The translations under genes and the position numbers were made by a program. 64,000 nt of DNA, from NCBI GenBank assembly GCA_963663385.2, contig CAXXXD010000002.1, positions 1,536,001 to 1,600,000 on the forward strand, given 5' to 3'. Within the stretch, counting starts at the first letter, position 1. Each line of letters opens with the position of its first letter. Under the pieces are notes generated by a model that worked only from the letters and a program-made list of their open reading frames with translations, did no database searches and was not told where the DNA came from. Below are positions 31,303-41,501 of the stretch, one piece after another. This DNA comes from Oceanispirochaeta sp. GTDB lineage: Bacteria; Spirochaetota; Spirochaetia; DSM-2461.

Positions 31303-31608
31303 ATGAAATTCTATCTGATCGGCGATGAAGATGCCCTGCTCGGGTTCGGAATGGTGGGCGTTGACGGGATTGCTGTCCGCAGCGCCGAAGAAGCCTCTCA
31401 TGCTCTGGAGCAGGTGCTGGAGAACCCGGACATAGGTATTATCCTGATTAATGAGAAAATCGCCGACCTGATAAGGGAGAAGGTTAACCTGTTTATCTTC
31501 AAACGGGAATTTCCCCTTATTCTGGAAATCCCCGATAGAAAGGGGCGTAAGGAAAACCGTAAGACTCTCCGCGAGCTGGTAAACGATGCCATAGGAATAC
31601 AATTATGA
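31303..31608 (+). CDS. ntpF: V/A-type ATPase subunit F
   Basis: IGDEDALLGFGMVGV, PLILEIP, AIGI. Confidence 0.93.
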   Translation: MKFYLIGDEDALLGFGMVGVDGIAVRSAEEASHALEQVLENPDIGIILINEKIADLIREKVNLFIFKREFPLILEIPDRKGRKENRKTLRELVNDAIGIQL

Positions 31609-32246
31609 GTCCCGAGAACAGAACGGAACAACTGATGGAGAAAATCCGGCAGGATACTGAGGAGGAAGTCCGCGGCATTCTGGAAAAAGCCGGGAAAATC
31701 AGCAGGGACCGGAGAACGGCTCAGGAGAGCTGGGAACACCGGGAAGAGAAAAGCTGGCAGAAAAAGGAGAAGGAATTCCGCCGTGACCTTGACGAACGCC
31801 TTGAAGCGTCCTTCCGGATGGAAAGAAAGAAGCTTTTTCTGCAGGCTCAGGAGCATCTGATGCACCGGATTGAAGAGGAAGCCATGCATCGGATTGAAGA
31901 CAGCATGGGGAGCCCAGCCTACAGGGCATCACTGAAATCCTGGATTATTGAAGGGGTTCTCAGCTTAAGAGAGAGTCCCCTCATTTTAAAAGGCTCTGCC
32001 CGGGACATCGCTCTTATGGATAAAGAGACTCTTCTGGAGATTCATAACGAGATTTATGAAAAGACCTCCCTTGATGTGAGTTTTATTGTATCGGATGCGG
32101 CGCCGGAACTTGTGCCGGGAGTGATTCTGGAATCGGAAGACGGCCGGGTTTCTTTTAATAATCAGCTTCCCGCCCGGTTCAGACGGATGAAGGCTCAGAT
32201 CCGTAAAAGGATCAATCAGGGGCTGAGAGAGGATGTCGCATCATGA
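31605..32246 (+). CDS. ntpE: V/A-type ATPase subunit E
   Basis: Coiled coil plus GVILESEDGRVSFNN C-terminal motif. Confidence 0.87.
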   Translation: MSPENRTEQLMEKIRQDTEEEVRGILEKAGKISRDRRTAQESWEHREEKSWQKKEKEFRRDLDERLEASFRMERKKLFLQAQEHLMHRIEEEAMHRIEDSMGSPAYRASLKSWIIEGVLSLRESPLILKGSARDIALMDKETLLEIHNEIYEKTSLDVSFIVSDAAPELVPGVILESEDGRVSFNNQLPARFRRMKAQIRKRINQGLREDVAS

Positions 32247-34015
32247 GAGAACGGATTATCGGTAAAGTTAAACGGGTCAACGGACCTGTCATTACAGCCA
32301 GGGGTATCACAGATGCCCAGATGATGGAGCTGGTCCGGGTGGGTGAGATCCGTCTGGTGGGCGAGGTTATAAAACTGGATGGTGAGCAGGCTGTCATTCA
32401 GGTTTACGAAGATACAACGGGTCTGAAACCGGGGGATAATATCTATGGAGCCGGTATGCCCCTCTCTCTCGCTCTGGGACCGGGACTTATCGGGACAATC
32501 TATGACGGTATTCAAAGGCCTTTAAAGGAACTTTATGACCTCTCCGGAACCTATCTGGAAAAGGGGCTGGAGGTTTCTCCTGTCAGTAAAGACAGGACCT
32601 GGCCCTTTGAACCTCTGGTTTCCAGCGGCATAGATATCTACCCGGGGATGATAATCGGGCAGGTGCAGGAGACCGAGAGGATTGTTCATAAAATCCTTGT
32701 GCCTCCCGAAGTTGAGGGAGTGCTCAAAGAGATCAACCCCGAGGGCCAGTATACTGTCGAAGACGTTATCGGAGTGGTGGAGACAGGCGCGGGAGAGGAT
32801 CTTCCTCTGACCATGCTGCAGTACTGGCCTATCCGTGTGCCCCGTCCTGTTAAAAGCCGGGAAGCTCTGACCCTTCCCCTGATTACCGGTCAGAGGGTTA
32901 TCGACACCCTTTTTCCCCTTGCCAAAGGGGGGACTGTCGCGATTCCGGGAGGATTCGGTACAGGGAAAACCATGACCCAGCATGCTATTGCCAAATGGTG
33001 TGATGCGGACATTATCGTTTACATAGGCTGCGGGGAGCGGGGCAACGAGATGACAGATGTTCTGACCGAGTTTCCCGAACTGATTGATCCCCGGACCGGA
33101 ACTTCCCTGATGGAGCGGACTATCCTGATTGCCAATACCTCCAATATGCCAGTTTCCGCCCGTGAGGCGAGTATCTATACGGGGATTACCATGGCCGAAT
33201 ACTACCGGGATCAGGGGTATCATGTGGCGATTATGGCGGATTCCACGTCCCGCTGGGCGGAAGCCCTCAGGGAGCTGTCCGGGCGGATGGAAGAGATGCC
33301 CGCAGAGGAAGGATTTCCGGCTTACCTGCCGACCCGGATTGCCGAGTTCTATGAAAGGGCCGGTTATATGGAAGTCCTGTCGGGGGAAAAGGGTTCCGTC
33401 TCTGTTATAGGCGCGGTTTCTCCTCCCGGAGGAGATTTTTCCGAACCGGTAACCCAGCATACCAGACGATTCGTCCGCTGTTTCTGGGGCCTGGACAGGC
33501 AGCTGGCCAATGCCCGGCATTATCCTGCCATTTCCTGGCTGGAAAGCTACAGCGAGTACCTGACAGAGGTTACCCCCTGGTGGGAAGAGCACAGCGGTGA
33601 AGGCTGGACCGGGAGCCGGCAGGCTATAATGGATCTGCTTCAGAGGGAAGTAAAACTTCAGCAGGTCGTGAAACTGGTGGGAGCCGATGCTCTTCCTGAC
33701 AGTCAGAGGTTTATTCTGGAAGTCTGCAAACTCTTTAAAAACGGCTTCCTTCAGCAGAATGCCTTTGATGATGTGGACCGTTACTCCTCCATAGAAAAAC
33801 AGCGTCGCATGCTGGAAATTATCCTTCTCTACTGGAAAAGAGGAGCCGAGGCGATTAAGGGCGGGGTTACACTGGTTAAGCTGCGGCATATGAAGATCCT
33901 GCAGGATATTGTAAAAATGAAACTGACCATTGCCAATGATGATCTGAGGGCATTTGACAAGCTGGAGGCCCGTCTGGAACGGTCATTGGATCAGCTGGAG
34001 GCGCTATATGGGTGA
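32243..34015 (+). CDS. ntpA: V/A-type ATPase catalytic subunit A
   Basis: [30 protein letters not shown]. Confidence 0.98.
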   Translation: MRERIIGKVKRVNGPVITARGITDAQMMELVRVGEIRLVGEVIKLDGEQAVIQVYEDTTGLKPGDNIYGAGMPLSLALGPGLIGTIYDGIQRPLKELYDLSGTYLEKGLEVSPVSKDRTWPFEPLVSSGIDIYPGMIIGQVQETERIVHKILVPPEVEGVLKEINPEGQYTVEDVIGVVETGAGEDLPLTMLQYWPIRVPRPVKSREALTLPLITGQRVIDTLFPLAKGGTVAIPGGFGTGKTMTQHAIAKWCDADIIVYIGCGERGNEMTDVLTEFPELIDPRTGTSLMERTILIANTSNMPVSAREASIYTGITMAEYYRDQGYHVAIMADSTSRWAEALRELSGRMEEMPAEEGFPAYLPTRIAEFYERAGYMEVLSGEKGSVSVIGAVSPPGGDFSEPVTQHTRRFVRCFWGLDRQLANARHYPAISWLESYSEYLTEVTPWWEEHSGEGWTGSRQAIMDLLQREVKLQQVVKLVGADALPDSQRFILEVCKLFKNGFLQQNAFDDVDRYSSIEKQRRMLEIILLYWKRGAEAIKGGVTLVKLRHMKILQDIVKMKLTIANDDLRAFDKLEARLERSLDQLEALYG

Positions 34016-35423
34016 GTTGACGAATCTTTATGAACGGGAAAAGGCGCTTCTGGCCGGTAAGGAGTACAAGGGGCTGAGCCGTGTGGACGGTCCTCTGGTA
34101 TTCCTTAAAAAAACGCATAATGTGGGTTACCGGGAGCTGGTGGAACTTTCGGACAGCCAGGGGAAGCAGCGCCTGGGGATGGTTCTGGATACATCGGATG
34201 AAGTGGTGGTGGTACAGGTTTTTGAAGGAACCACCGGGCTTACCATGCCCGATACCCGGGTCCGTTTCAAGGGAGAACCTCTCACGCTTCCTGTTACAGA
34301 CGGAATGCTGGGGCGCGTATTCAATGGTCTGGGGCAGCCTCTGGACGGAGGACCCGAACCCATTGGGGATAAATTTCTGGATGTAAACGGTATGCCCGTT
34401 AATCCTGTAGCCCGCCAGTACCCCCGAGACTTTATTCAGACAGGTATTTCCGTTATAGACGGGATGAACACCCTTATACGGGGGCAGAAGCTGCCTATCT
34501 TTTCGGGCAATGGTCTGCCTCACAACGAACTGGCTGCCCAGATAACCCGGCAGGCCCGTATCAGGGGGGACAAAACCAATTTCGCCGTTGTTTTTGCGGC
34601 CATGGGAGTTAAACATGATATTGCCCGTTTTTTTACGGACTCCTTTGAACGTTCAGGCGTACTGGACCGGGTTGCCCTGTTCCTGTCCCTGGCGGACGAT
34701 CCCTCCATTGAACGCACCATTACCCCCCGGACGGCTCTGACTCTGGCTGAGCATCTGGCTTATGACTGCGGGATGCATGTGCTTGTTATCATGACGGATA
34801 TGGCAAATTACTGTGAGTCCCTGCGGGAGATCTCTACCTTAAGGGGTGAAATCCCCTCCCGGAAAGGGTACCCGGGATACCTCTACTCGGATCTGGCCGA
34901 GCTCTATGAGCGTTCCGGTATGATTAAAGGTGTGGAAGGTTCCATAACACAGCTGCCTATACTGACCATGCCCAATGATGATATATCCCATCCCATCCCG
35001 GATCTGACCGGTTATATCACGGAAGGACAGATTGTGTTTGAGCGGGAGATGTACAGCCGCGGGATCTATCCTCCTGTGGCGGGGCTGCCGTCACTCTCCC
35101 GTCTGATGAAGGACGGTATCGGGGATGGAATGACCCGGGAGGACCATCCCCATCTCGCCAGTCAGCTCTTCGCTTCATACAGTTATGTTAAGGATGTACG
35201 GAACCTTGCCTCTGTAATTGGTGAAGAGGAGCTGACAGAACTCGACCACCTATATATGCAGTTCGGTGAAGCCTTTGAACAGAAGTTCGTCGCTCAGAGG
35301 CAGGATGAAAACCGGACGATAGAAGAGACTCTGGATCTGGCCTGGGAGGTTTTAAGTATCCTGCCGGTCGAGGAGCTGACCCGGGTCAGCGAAGATGAAC
35401 TGGCGGAGTACTATGGCCGTTAG
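34008..35423 (+). CDS. ntpB: V/A-type ATPase subunit B
   Basis: [38 protein letters not shown] 34008. Confidence 0.98.
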   Translation: MGELTNLYEREKALLAGKEYKGLSRVDGPLVFLKKTHNVGYRELVELSDSQGKQRLGMVLDTSDEVVVVQVFEGTTGLTMPDTRVRFKGEPLTLPVTDGMLGRVFNGLGQPLDGGPEPIGDKFLDVNGMPVNPVARQYPRDFIQTGISVIDGMNTLIRGQKLPIFSGNGLPHNELAAQITRQARIRGDKTNFAVVFAAMGVKHDIARFFTDSFERSGVLDRVALFLSLADDPSIERTITPRTALTLAEHLAYDCGMHVLVIMTDMANYCESLREISTLRGEIPSRKGYPGYLYSDLAELYERSGMIKGVEGSITQLPILTMPNDDISHPIPDLTGYITEGQIVFEREMYSRGIYPPVAGLPSLSRLMKDGIGDGMTREDHPHLASQLFASYSYVKDVRNLASVIGEEELTELDHLYMQFGEAFEQKFVAQRQDENRTIEETLDLAWEVLSILPVEELTRVSEDELAEYYGR

Positions 35424-36051
35424 AAAGAATATCGCCCCTACAAAAACCAACCTGATAAAACTGAAGGATGAATTGAAATTTGCCAGGCAGGGGTATGAGC
35501 TCCTGGATCAGAAGAGGAATATTCTTATTAACGAGCTGTTGACACTGGTAGACCTTGCTGTAGAAAGCGAGGAGAGGGCCTTTGCGGCGCTGGAGGAAGC
35601 TTATGCCTCTCTGGAGGCTTCCTCCCGGGATATCGGGAAGTACTCGGTGCAGTCTCTGGTGGGTTCCATCCGTATCGACAGTGAAATGGTAATCCGGCAG
35701 CGCCGGGTTATGGGGGTGCGCCTTCCTCAGGTGACCACCGCATTTGAGGATTTTCCTCCCTATGTAAGCCCTGATGGTTTAAGCCTGCATATCCCGTCTT
35801 CTATAGGGAATTTTAAAAAAGCCTTGAAAATTCTGGGAGAACTGGCAGAATTAAAAGTATCCATTATGCGACTGGCCCAGGAAGTGAAGAAGACGATCCG
35901 GAAGGTTAATGCACTGGAAAAAATCGCCATACCCGAGTTGGAGGATTCGGTCGGTTTTATCCGGAATCGCCTGGAGGAGAACGAACGGGAAAGTTTTGTT
36001 CTTATGAAAATGATCAAACAACGCATGGAGGAGGCGAATAATAATGGATAG
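35413..36051 (+). CDS. ntpD: V/A-type ATPase subunit D
   Basis: PTKTNL...[19 protein letters not shown]...IP. Confidence 0.96.
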   Translation: MAVRKNIAPTKTNLIKLKDELKFARQGYELLDQKRNILINELLTLVDLAVESEERAFAALEEAYASLEASSRDIGKYSVQSLVGSIRIDSEMVIRQRRVMGVRLPQVTTAFEDFPPYVSPDGLSLHIPSSIGNFKKALKILGELAELKVSIMRLAQEVKKTIRKVNALEKIAIPELEDSVGFIRNRLEENERESFVLMKMIKQRMEEANNNG

Positions 36052-36532
36052 TCCGATTAAACACATTCTTGTGTACCTGGACGGAACTGAGGAATCGGTA
36101 ACAGCGGCCCAGTATGCCATCTGTCTGGCTAAGATAACGGGCGCTCTGCTGTCCTCCATCTATATCGTCAATACAAGGGCATTGAATGATCTTGTAAAAT
36201 CCCATATTTTTATAGAATCCGAACAGGATGAGTATCAGCAGGATCTTCAGGAAGACGCCCGGAAGTATCTGAATCTGATGGAAAAAATGGCCCGACAGAA
36301 AAATGTGGCGGTTTCTGTCTACGAGGAGAGCGGGGCCGTACAGTCCATTATCCGGGATTTTATCCGGGAAAAGGGTGTAGATCTGCTTGTGACGGGTAAA
36401 ATATCCAATATCCGCAGCAGGCGGGATGAATTGAATAACGAGACGGAAAGGGTGATGCGGAATGTTTCCTGTTCCGTACTTGTTGTAAAAGATGAAGAGC
36501 GTGTTTGGGAAATGTTTGACCAACTGGCTTAA
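36044..36532 (+). CDS. Universal stress protein (UspA family)
   Basis: IKHILVYLDGTEES start, DLLVTG, ERVMRNVSCSVLVVK. Confidence 0.92.
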   Translation: MDSPIKHILVYLDGTEESVTAAQYAICLAKITGALLSSIYIVNTRALNDLVKSHIFIESEQDEYQQDLQEDARKYLNLMEKMARQKNVAVSVYEESGAVQSIIRDFIREKGVDLLVTGKISNIRSRRDELNNETERVMRNVSCSVLVVKDEERVWEMFDQLA

Positions 36533-36547
36533 AATAGAGGTAAGAAA

Positions 36548-36997
36548 ATGGCTTTGCTGGATTTACTGGAAGAGAAAATTATCAAGGTTCCCCTGGAATC
36601 TGATAACAAAACAGAAGTTATACATGAACTGGTTGATGTTCTGACCGCAGCGGGGAAGATAAATAATCCCGAATCTGTTATTTCTGCCGTAATGGAAAGG
36701 GAGAACATGGGGAGTACCGGTCTGGATAAAGGGATTGCTGTTCCTCATGCCAAGACGACTGAAGTGGAAACACTTTGTGTCGCTTTGGGGATATCAAGAG
36801 AGGGCGTGGACTTTGATGCTCTGGACGGAGAAGATTCCCATCTCTTTTTTATGATTCTTGCTCCCCCTGATCAGAGCAGTCAGCATATACAGGTCCTGTC
36901 GGAAATAGCGGGAATCGCCAGGAGTAAAGCGTTTTGCCGGATGCTGAAAAATGCGGAAGATGCGGAAGAGGTTATTGAACTCTTTATGGAAGAGTAG
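36548..36997 (+). CDS. Stand-alone PTS IIA protein (Ntr/fructose type)
   Basis: RENMGSTGLDKGIAVPH with the phospho-His, FDALDG, HIQVLSEIA. Confidence 0.93.
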   Translation: MALLDLLEEKIIKVPLESDNKTEVIHELVDVLTAAGKINNPESVISAVMERENMGSTGLDKGIAVPHAKTTEVETLCVALGISREGVDFDALDGEDSHLFFMILAPPDQSSQHIQVLSEIAGIARSKAFCRMLKNAEDAEEVIELFMEE

Positions 36998-37023
36998 TTT
37001 CCTTTTTCCCGGGAAGGATGAAA

Positions 37024-37047
37024 CTGCGGACATGTTCCTGTCCGCAG
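37024..37047. terminator. Hairpin between convergent genes (probable terminator)
   Basis: CTGCGGACA-N6-TGTCCGCAG, 9-bp stem. Confidence 0.5.
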
Positions 37048-37122
37048 GCTTCCATTGCAGTTTGCTGTTGCACTAATCAAGACGATTCTTATCCAGTTTG
37101 ATTATCCCGGTATCCTAACCAG

Positions 37123-37782
37123 TTATACTTTCCAGAGCTGATCCCATGTGGAGATTTCCTGTCTCTGCCCTTTGACAGGTTCCGTTTTATCTGCGGATTG
37201 AAACTGAACTTCCTTCAGGTAGAGAGAGTGAAGTTTTTTTTCAGAATAGGCCATATATTCGAAGATAATCTTTTTTTCCGGTTTAACCTTCATTAAAGAA
37301 AATATGCGTTGAATCTTGTTCAGCTTTCTCCGCAGATGCTGAACCCCGTATATGGACAGTTTAAAGTGTCTGGCCAGTTCGTAATCTTTTTTCAGGTAGT
37401 TACCGTTTTCATCTTTTTTGTTTAAATCAACAAATTCAATGATCTCTTTGTTGGTAAGACGGTTTTTTGTATTGCTGCAGTACTCGGCATTCCTCCGCCT
37501 TGAACGGATACCGGCTCCGGCGCACTTCCTCTTTTTCCAATAGGGATGCCTGTTCCGGGCATATTGTATATCTTTTAGAGTATGCCCTGTATTTTTCATC
37601 CACTCCCTGGCTGCCAGGCTCTTCTCGTAGGCTGTCAGCGGAAGGTTCAGGGATAAATCGATGTACTGTTCAGGATCAGGACTGTTGATCAGTTTTCTGT
37701 AAGCAATTTCTTTTTTCTTGTCCACTGAAGATATATTACCTGTGTTGCTGGATTTATGCAATTGGAGTTTCGTTAAAGTCAC
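37123..37782 (-). CDS. Basic hypothetical protein with a possible HTH (start uncertain)
   Basis: 219-aa ORF, Lys/Arg-rich, DYELARHFKLSIYGVQHLRRK segment. Confidence 0.7.
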   Translation of the reverse strand: MTLTKLQLHKSSNTGNISSVDKKKEIAYRKLINSPDPEQYIDLSLNLPLTAYEKSLAAREWMKNTGHTLKDIQYARNRHPYWKKRKCAGAGIRSRRRNAEYCSNTKNRLTNKEIIEFVDLNKKDENGNYLKKDYELARHFKLSIYGVQHLRRKLNKIQRIFSLMKVKPEKKIIFEYMAYSEKKLHSLYLKEVQFQSADKTEPVKGQRQEISTWDQLWKV

Positions 37783-38842
37783 TGTTGAGAATATCTTTCA
37801 GAAGGGGCAGCACGATTTTCCGTGAAGCCTTTCTGTTTCCCTGTATGAAACTAAACCAGGGATATTGATTGCCTGGCAGCGGGGCAACAGGTGAAACCGC
37901 CAACTCTGTCAATTCAAGCTCCTCCAGTAAAAGGATCTTTTCTTTTATACCTTTTTTTAAATTGCAGTTCCGGGAGAATCGGGCTGACGGGATAGCAGAT
38001 AACTCTCTGGAAAAGGGATTTTGTGTTGTATGCATAATAAAAAGAAAATCCACTTCCCTTTCTTTCATAAAATTTATTATGGATTGAGTATTGTAAAGGG
38101 GAGAGGCATAAAACTCTGCAAGGGAAAGGGGGACGGAGCTTATCCCTCCGGTAATTTTTGAACCGCTGATGTCTTTATAGTCTCTTCTAAGGTGATCATC
38201 CAGGGAAAGAGAACTGAGGTAATTCTTAATAATAATCAGGGAACGGAGGAATTCTTCATCATCCTCTGAAAAAAAGGAGCGGAGCCAGGCGTACTGTTCC
38301 CGGTCCAGGCCTGTGGTTTTCCCCCAATCAGGATTGAAATTCCCCGTATCTACGATAATGGCTGCCCCCATGAGCAGGGCTGTTGATCTATCTGGTGTAA
38401 ATCGGCTCTGCTGCCATGCCCTGCTGACAAGGGAGGCACAGGATCCGCAGGGTTCCACTACACGCATGGACAGCCCCGTGTGTTCCCGTTTCACAGAAAA
38501 TCCGGTGTCATTATGATGGTCTATAATCCCAAGTATCCTTTCTTCAGCGATCCCCTGTTCTGGATCGTTATGGTCAACAAGGATGAATCCTGTTTTATTG
38601 TTCCGGAACTGCTTCCGGATGGATTCGGACTTTTCAGAATACAAGTCGGATGGATTGACTCCCGCATGATTGAAGAGAGCCGGTATTTCGGGGTTCAGAC
38701 GCAGTTCCTCCCGGTCTCTTTTCAGTACAGGAATAAACCGGATGGACGGCTCTGTCAGAGTAAGCAGGCGGCTTAAACAGATTGCTGATACTGTGCTGTC
38801 CAGATCTCCCGCCTGGTTCCCCGTAATTATTATGGTATTCAT
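37754..38842 (-). CDS. DHH/DHHA2 phosphoesterase, exopolyphosphatase PPX1/Prune-like
   Basis: GNQAGDLDS, LVDHN, IIDHH, GSCASLV, DTGNF, LRRDYK; ATG 38842. Confidence 0.88.
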   Translation of the reverse strand: MNTIIITGNQAGDLDSTVSAICLSRLLTLTEPSIRFIPVLKRDREELRLNPEIPALFNHAGVNPSDLYSEKSESIRKQFRNNKTGFILVDHNDPEQGIAEERILGIIDHHNDTGFSVKREHTGLSMRVVEPCGSCASLVSRAWQQSRFTPDRSTALLMGAAIIVDTGNFNPDWGKTTGLDREQYAWLRSFFSEDDEEFLRSLIIIKNYLSSLSLDDHLRRDYKDISGSKITGGISSVPLSLAEFYASPLYNTQSIINFMKEREVDFLFIMHTTQNPFSRELSAIPSARFSRNCNLKKGIKEKILLLEELELTELAVSPVAPLPGNQYPWFSFIQGNRKASRKIVLPLLKDILNSDFNETPIA

Positions 38843-39234
38843 CTTTGTCCGGCTATCCTTTCTGTTATTCCATGGATAATCAGGAAAAAAAGAATTATCC
38901 AAATGAGTATAATTATGAGTCCGGCAAACAGATTTCTCCTTTTTTCTACTGTTTTTTCTGCAGCTGCTATGCGGCACTCCTTCAGTATTTCGTCCGGGAT
39001 TAATCTGATACATAAAGCCATAAGAAAGGGTAGGATAATCAGGTCATCAAGATAACCCAGGACAGGTATAAAATCCGGAATCAAATCTATGGGGCTGAAT
39101 GCATAAGCCGTAGTCAGAACCAGGAGGAATTTTGCTTTGGCAGGCAGCCGGGGATGTTTGAGAGCCAGGATCAGGGCCGGCAGATCCTTTTTTAGGGTTA
39201 CAGCAATTTCCTTCAGTTTTGTAACAGGGAACAT
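38839..39234 (-). CDS. YkvA/DUF1232 family membrane protein
   Basis: AYAFSPIDLIPDFIPVLGYLDDLIILP; ATGA overlap with the next gene. Confidence 0.92.
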   Translation of the reverse strand: MFPVTKLKEIAVTLKKDLPALILALKHPRLPAKAKFLLVLTTAYAFSPIDLIPDFIPVLGYLDDLIILPFLMALCIRLIPDEILKECRIAAAEKTVEKRRNLFAGLIIILIWIILFFLIIHGITERIAGQR

Positions 39235-39337
39235 ATTGTAAAGATAATCTAATGGAGCAGTTAAGAAAAGACGACAAAGGCGTTGGCTTTTTGATTTTTT
39301 CATGCAGGGATTTGCTTTTTCGGGATTAATATATTAT

Positions 39338-39361
39338 TTTAATTAGGAATACCTAATTAAA
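39338..39361. promoter_or_regulatory. Palindromic operator, DtxR/MntR/SirR/TroR-type
   Basis: TTTAATTAGG-AATA-CCTAATTAAA with perfect 10-bp arms, upstream of the metal-binding protein gene. Confidence 0.7.
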
Positions 39362-39408
39362 GCGGTTTTTTATTGCTCAGCAGTTAAATATAGTACAGGG
39401 AAGGGAAA

Positions 39409-40407
39409 ATGAAACATAAAACAAAACTGAATTTAGTGATACTTATTTTTATCTCCTTAAGTGCCAATCTGATTGCCTCAGGGCAGCAGGATGATACGGG
39501 AAAACTGAAGGTAGTGGGTACGACCAGTATCCTGACTGATGTTATCACAAATATAGCCGGTGACAGGGTAGATCTGACCGGTCTGATAAAAGTCGGGCAG
39601 GATCCTCATGGTTATGAACCGACCCCCCGCGATATGGCCAGGGTCGAAGAGGCGGATGTACTGTTCCTGAACGGTTTTAATCTGGAGGAGAGCCTGGTTG
39701 GTGTTCTGGAAACTGTCAGTACAAATCTGGTTGTGGAAGTATCGGGTAAAATGGATCATGAAACGCATGATGAACATGATGAACATGATGAACATGATGA
39801 ACATGAAGAACATGAAGAACATGAAGAACATGAAGAACATGAAGGGCATAACCATGGGGGGATTGATCCCCATACCTGGATGTCTCCTTTAAATGTGATA
39901 CATTGGTCCGAAACCATTGCAGACACCCTGTCGGAAGCAGATCCGGAGAACGCTTCTTTTTATCGGGAAAATGCCGCTTCCTATATCAGTCAGCTGAAAG
40001 CCCTTCATCATGAGATTCAGGAAGCAATCAATGTTATCCCGGAAGAAAGACGGATCCTTGTGACAGATCATATGGCATTCGGGTACTATGCGGATGAGTA
40101 CGGACTGGACGTGGCCGGTACGATCCTGCCTGATACAAGCGCCAGTTCTGATGTTTCTGCCAAACACCTGGCCGATCTGGTGCATATACTGGAGAAACGG
40201 AATATCTCAGCCGTATTTATTGGTGATACCGCCGGACTGGATATCAGAAAAATCAGTGAAGCCATTCAAAACGAACTGGGAAGACCTATAGAAATATTGC
40301 CGCTTCTGACCGGATCCCTGAAGGCCGGGGGTGATCAGGGAGACAGCTATCTGGAGTATATGAGATTTAATACAAAGCAGATTGTGAAAGGTTTAGGGAA
40401 ACCCTGA
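39409..40407 (+). CDS. Metal (Zn/Mn) ABC transporter substrate-binding protein, ZnuA/TroA family, with a His/acidic loop
   Basis: DPHGYEPTP, NGFNLE, DPHTWMSP, VTDHMAFGYY. Confidence 0.95.
   Translation: MKHKTKLNLVILIFISLSANLIASGQQDDTGKLKVVGTTSILTDVITNIAGDRVDLTGLIKVGQDPHGYEPTPRDMARVEEADVLFLNGFNLEESLVGVLETVSTNLVVEVSGKMDHETHDEHDEHDEHDEHEEHEEHEEHEEHEGHNHGGIDPHTWMSPLNVIHWSETIADTLSEADPENASFYRENAASYISQLKALHHEIQEAINVIPEERRILVTDHMAFGYYADEYGLDVAGTILPDTSASSDVSAKHLADLVHILEKRNISAVFIGDTAGLDIRKISEAIQNELGRPIEILPLLTGSLKAGGDQGDSYLEYMRFNTKQIVKGLGKP
39757..39855 (+). repeat. 9-bp coding tandem repeat (CATGATGAA)4(CATGAAGAA)4 encoding (HDE)4(HEE)4
   Basis: Read directly from the sequence. Confidence 0.95.
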
Positions 40408-40447
40408 CTGTGTATGGGAAGGCTATTCTCCTGAATACTGCTTTTCA

Positions 40448-40491
40448 GGCAATCCTGCAGAAAGGTTTTCCATTAACCCTTCAGGATTGCC
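40448..40491. terminator. Inverted repeat between convergent genes
   Basis: GGCAATCCTG...CAGGATTGCC, 10-bp arms. Confidence 0.45.
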
Positions 40492-40529
40492 GAATCTGGC
40501 AAAATACTGGTTGATGCACATACAATGCC

Positions 40530-41408
40530 CTAGCAGAACTGTTCCAGATACTGCAGGCTGCAGTGTACGGATAAACGGTCAGACAGGCGGTAGGCTTCCT
40601 TTATGGTTACAATTTTCCTCTGTCTCTCTCCATCCTCCCGCCATTTTTTAAATACCCGTTTTACCTCCAGTGGATAGGCCAGAAGGTTGCAGGTAAATTC
40701 CATTTTTTCGTAGGGTATCCGGATGGGACTGCCGCTGATGTGCCCGGTAATCCCCGCTTCTTCTTCCGCTTCCATCAGAGCTACCTGTTTGAAGGTCATA
40801 TGGCGTTCCTGCTGACCTTTTGGGAAAATCCAGTGCTTCTCTTTTCGTTTTGTAATGAGAATGACCTTTTTTTCTCCTCCTTCCCTGATAAAAGGGATTG
40901 AGCCTATAAGGGATTTTGTGATTCCGGAAGCTAAGATATGTTTTCTCTGTTCCGCAGGAAGTTCCGCCAGAAAGTGATTTTTATAGCGGGGATCAAAACT
41001 GATTTCATCGGCCAGGAAGGAGGGTTTTTTAAAGGTCCGGGCAGATGTTTCATTCCCGAACTGTATTTTAGCGGTGTATAGGCCGTCCAGAGGGCCATGG
41101 AACTGGTCAATATGGATCATATGGTCCTTCCACTTATAGTTGTAGCGGGTCTTTTCCAGCCGGCAGTGGCTGGTCCCGGGCCAGAAGGATTCAAACTGGT
41201 TTTCAGTCAGTTCAACCTTAAATTGCTCCCTGTTCTTTCCCAGTCCTTTTGTAACAGTCTGATTAAAGCGATTATCTTTTTGACGAATTCTTACTTTACC
41301 CGTGTCGGATACGGCCAGATACCCCTGACGGATATACTCCTTCTTTTTACAGGGAAGTGTATGTGGGAGTTCATCCAATAGAAACTTTCTCTCTATTTCT
41401 TTTGCCAT
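40530..41408 (-). CDS. CYTH domain-Nudix hydrolase fusion protein
   Basis: EIERKFL, IRQGYL, RLEKTRY, DPRYKN (CYTH); WIFPKG...EAEEEAGITG (Nudix). Confidence 0.88.
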   Translation of the reverse strand: MAKEIERKFLLDELPHTLPCKKKEYIRQGYLAVSDTGKVRIRQKDNRFNQTVTKGLGKNREQFKVELTENQFESFWPGTSHCRLEKTRYNYKWKDHMIHIDQFHGPLDGLYTAKIQFGNETSARTFKKPSFLADEISFDPRYKNHFLAELPAEQRKHILASGITKSLIGSIPFIREGGEKKVILITKRKEKHWIFPKGQQERHMTFKQVALMEAEEEAGITGHISGSPIRIPYEKMEFTCNLLAYPLEVKRVFKKWREDGERQRKIVTIKEAYRLSDRLSVHCSLQYLEQFC

Positions 41409-41501
41409 ATTCCTCTCCGGGAAAAAAGATAATACTCAGCCTGTTTAGAAGCCATTCTGATAGGAAACAAGTTTAGCAAGTGAAAAAGGTTCTGTCTTCA
41501 A

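Noticed and set aside
39478..39892. ORFs with MFF/MNM repeats overlapping the metal-binding protein gene
   Set aside because: They are alternative-frame readings of the 9-bp repeat
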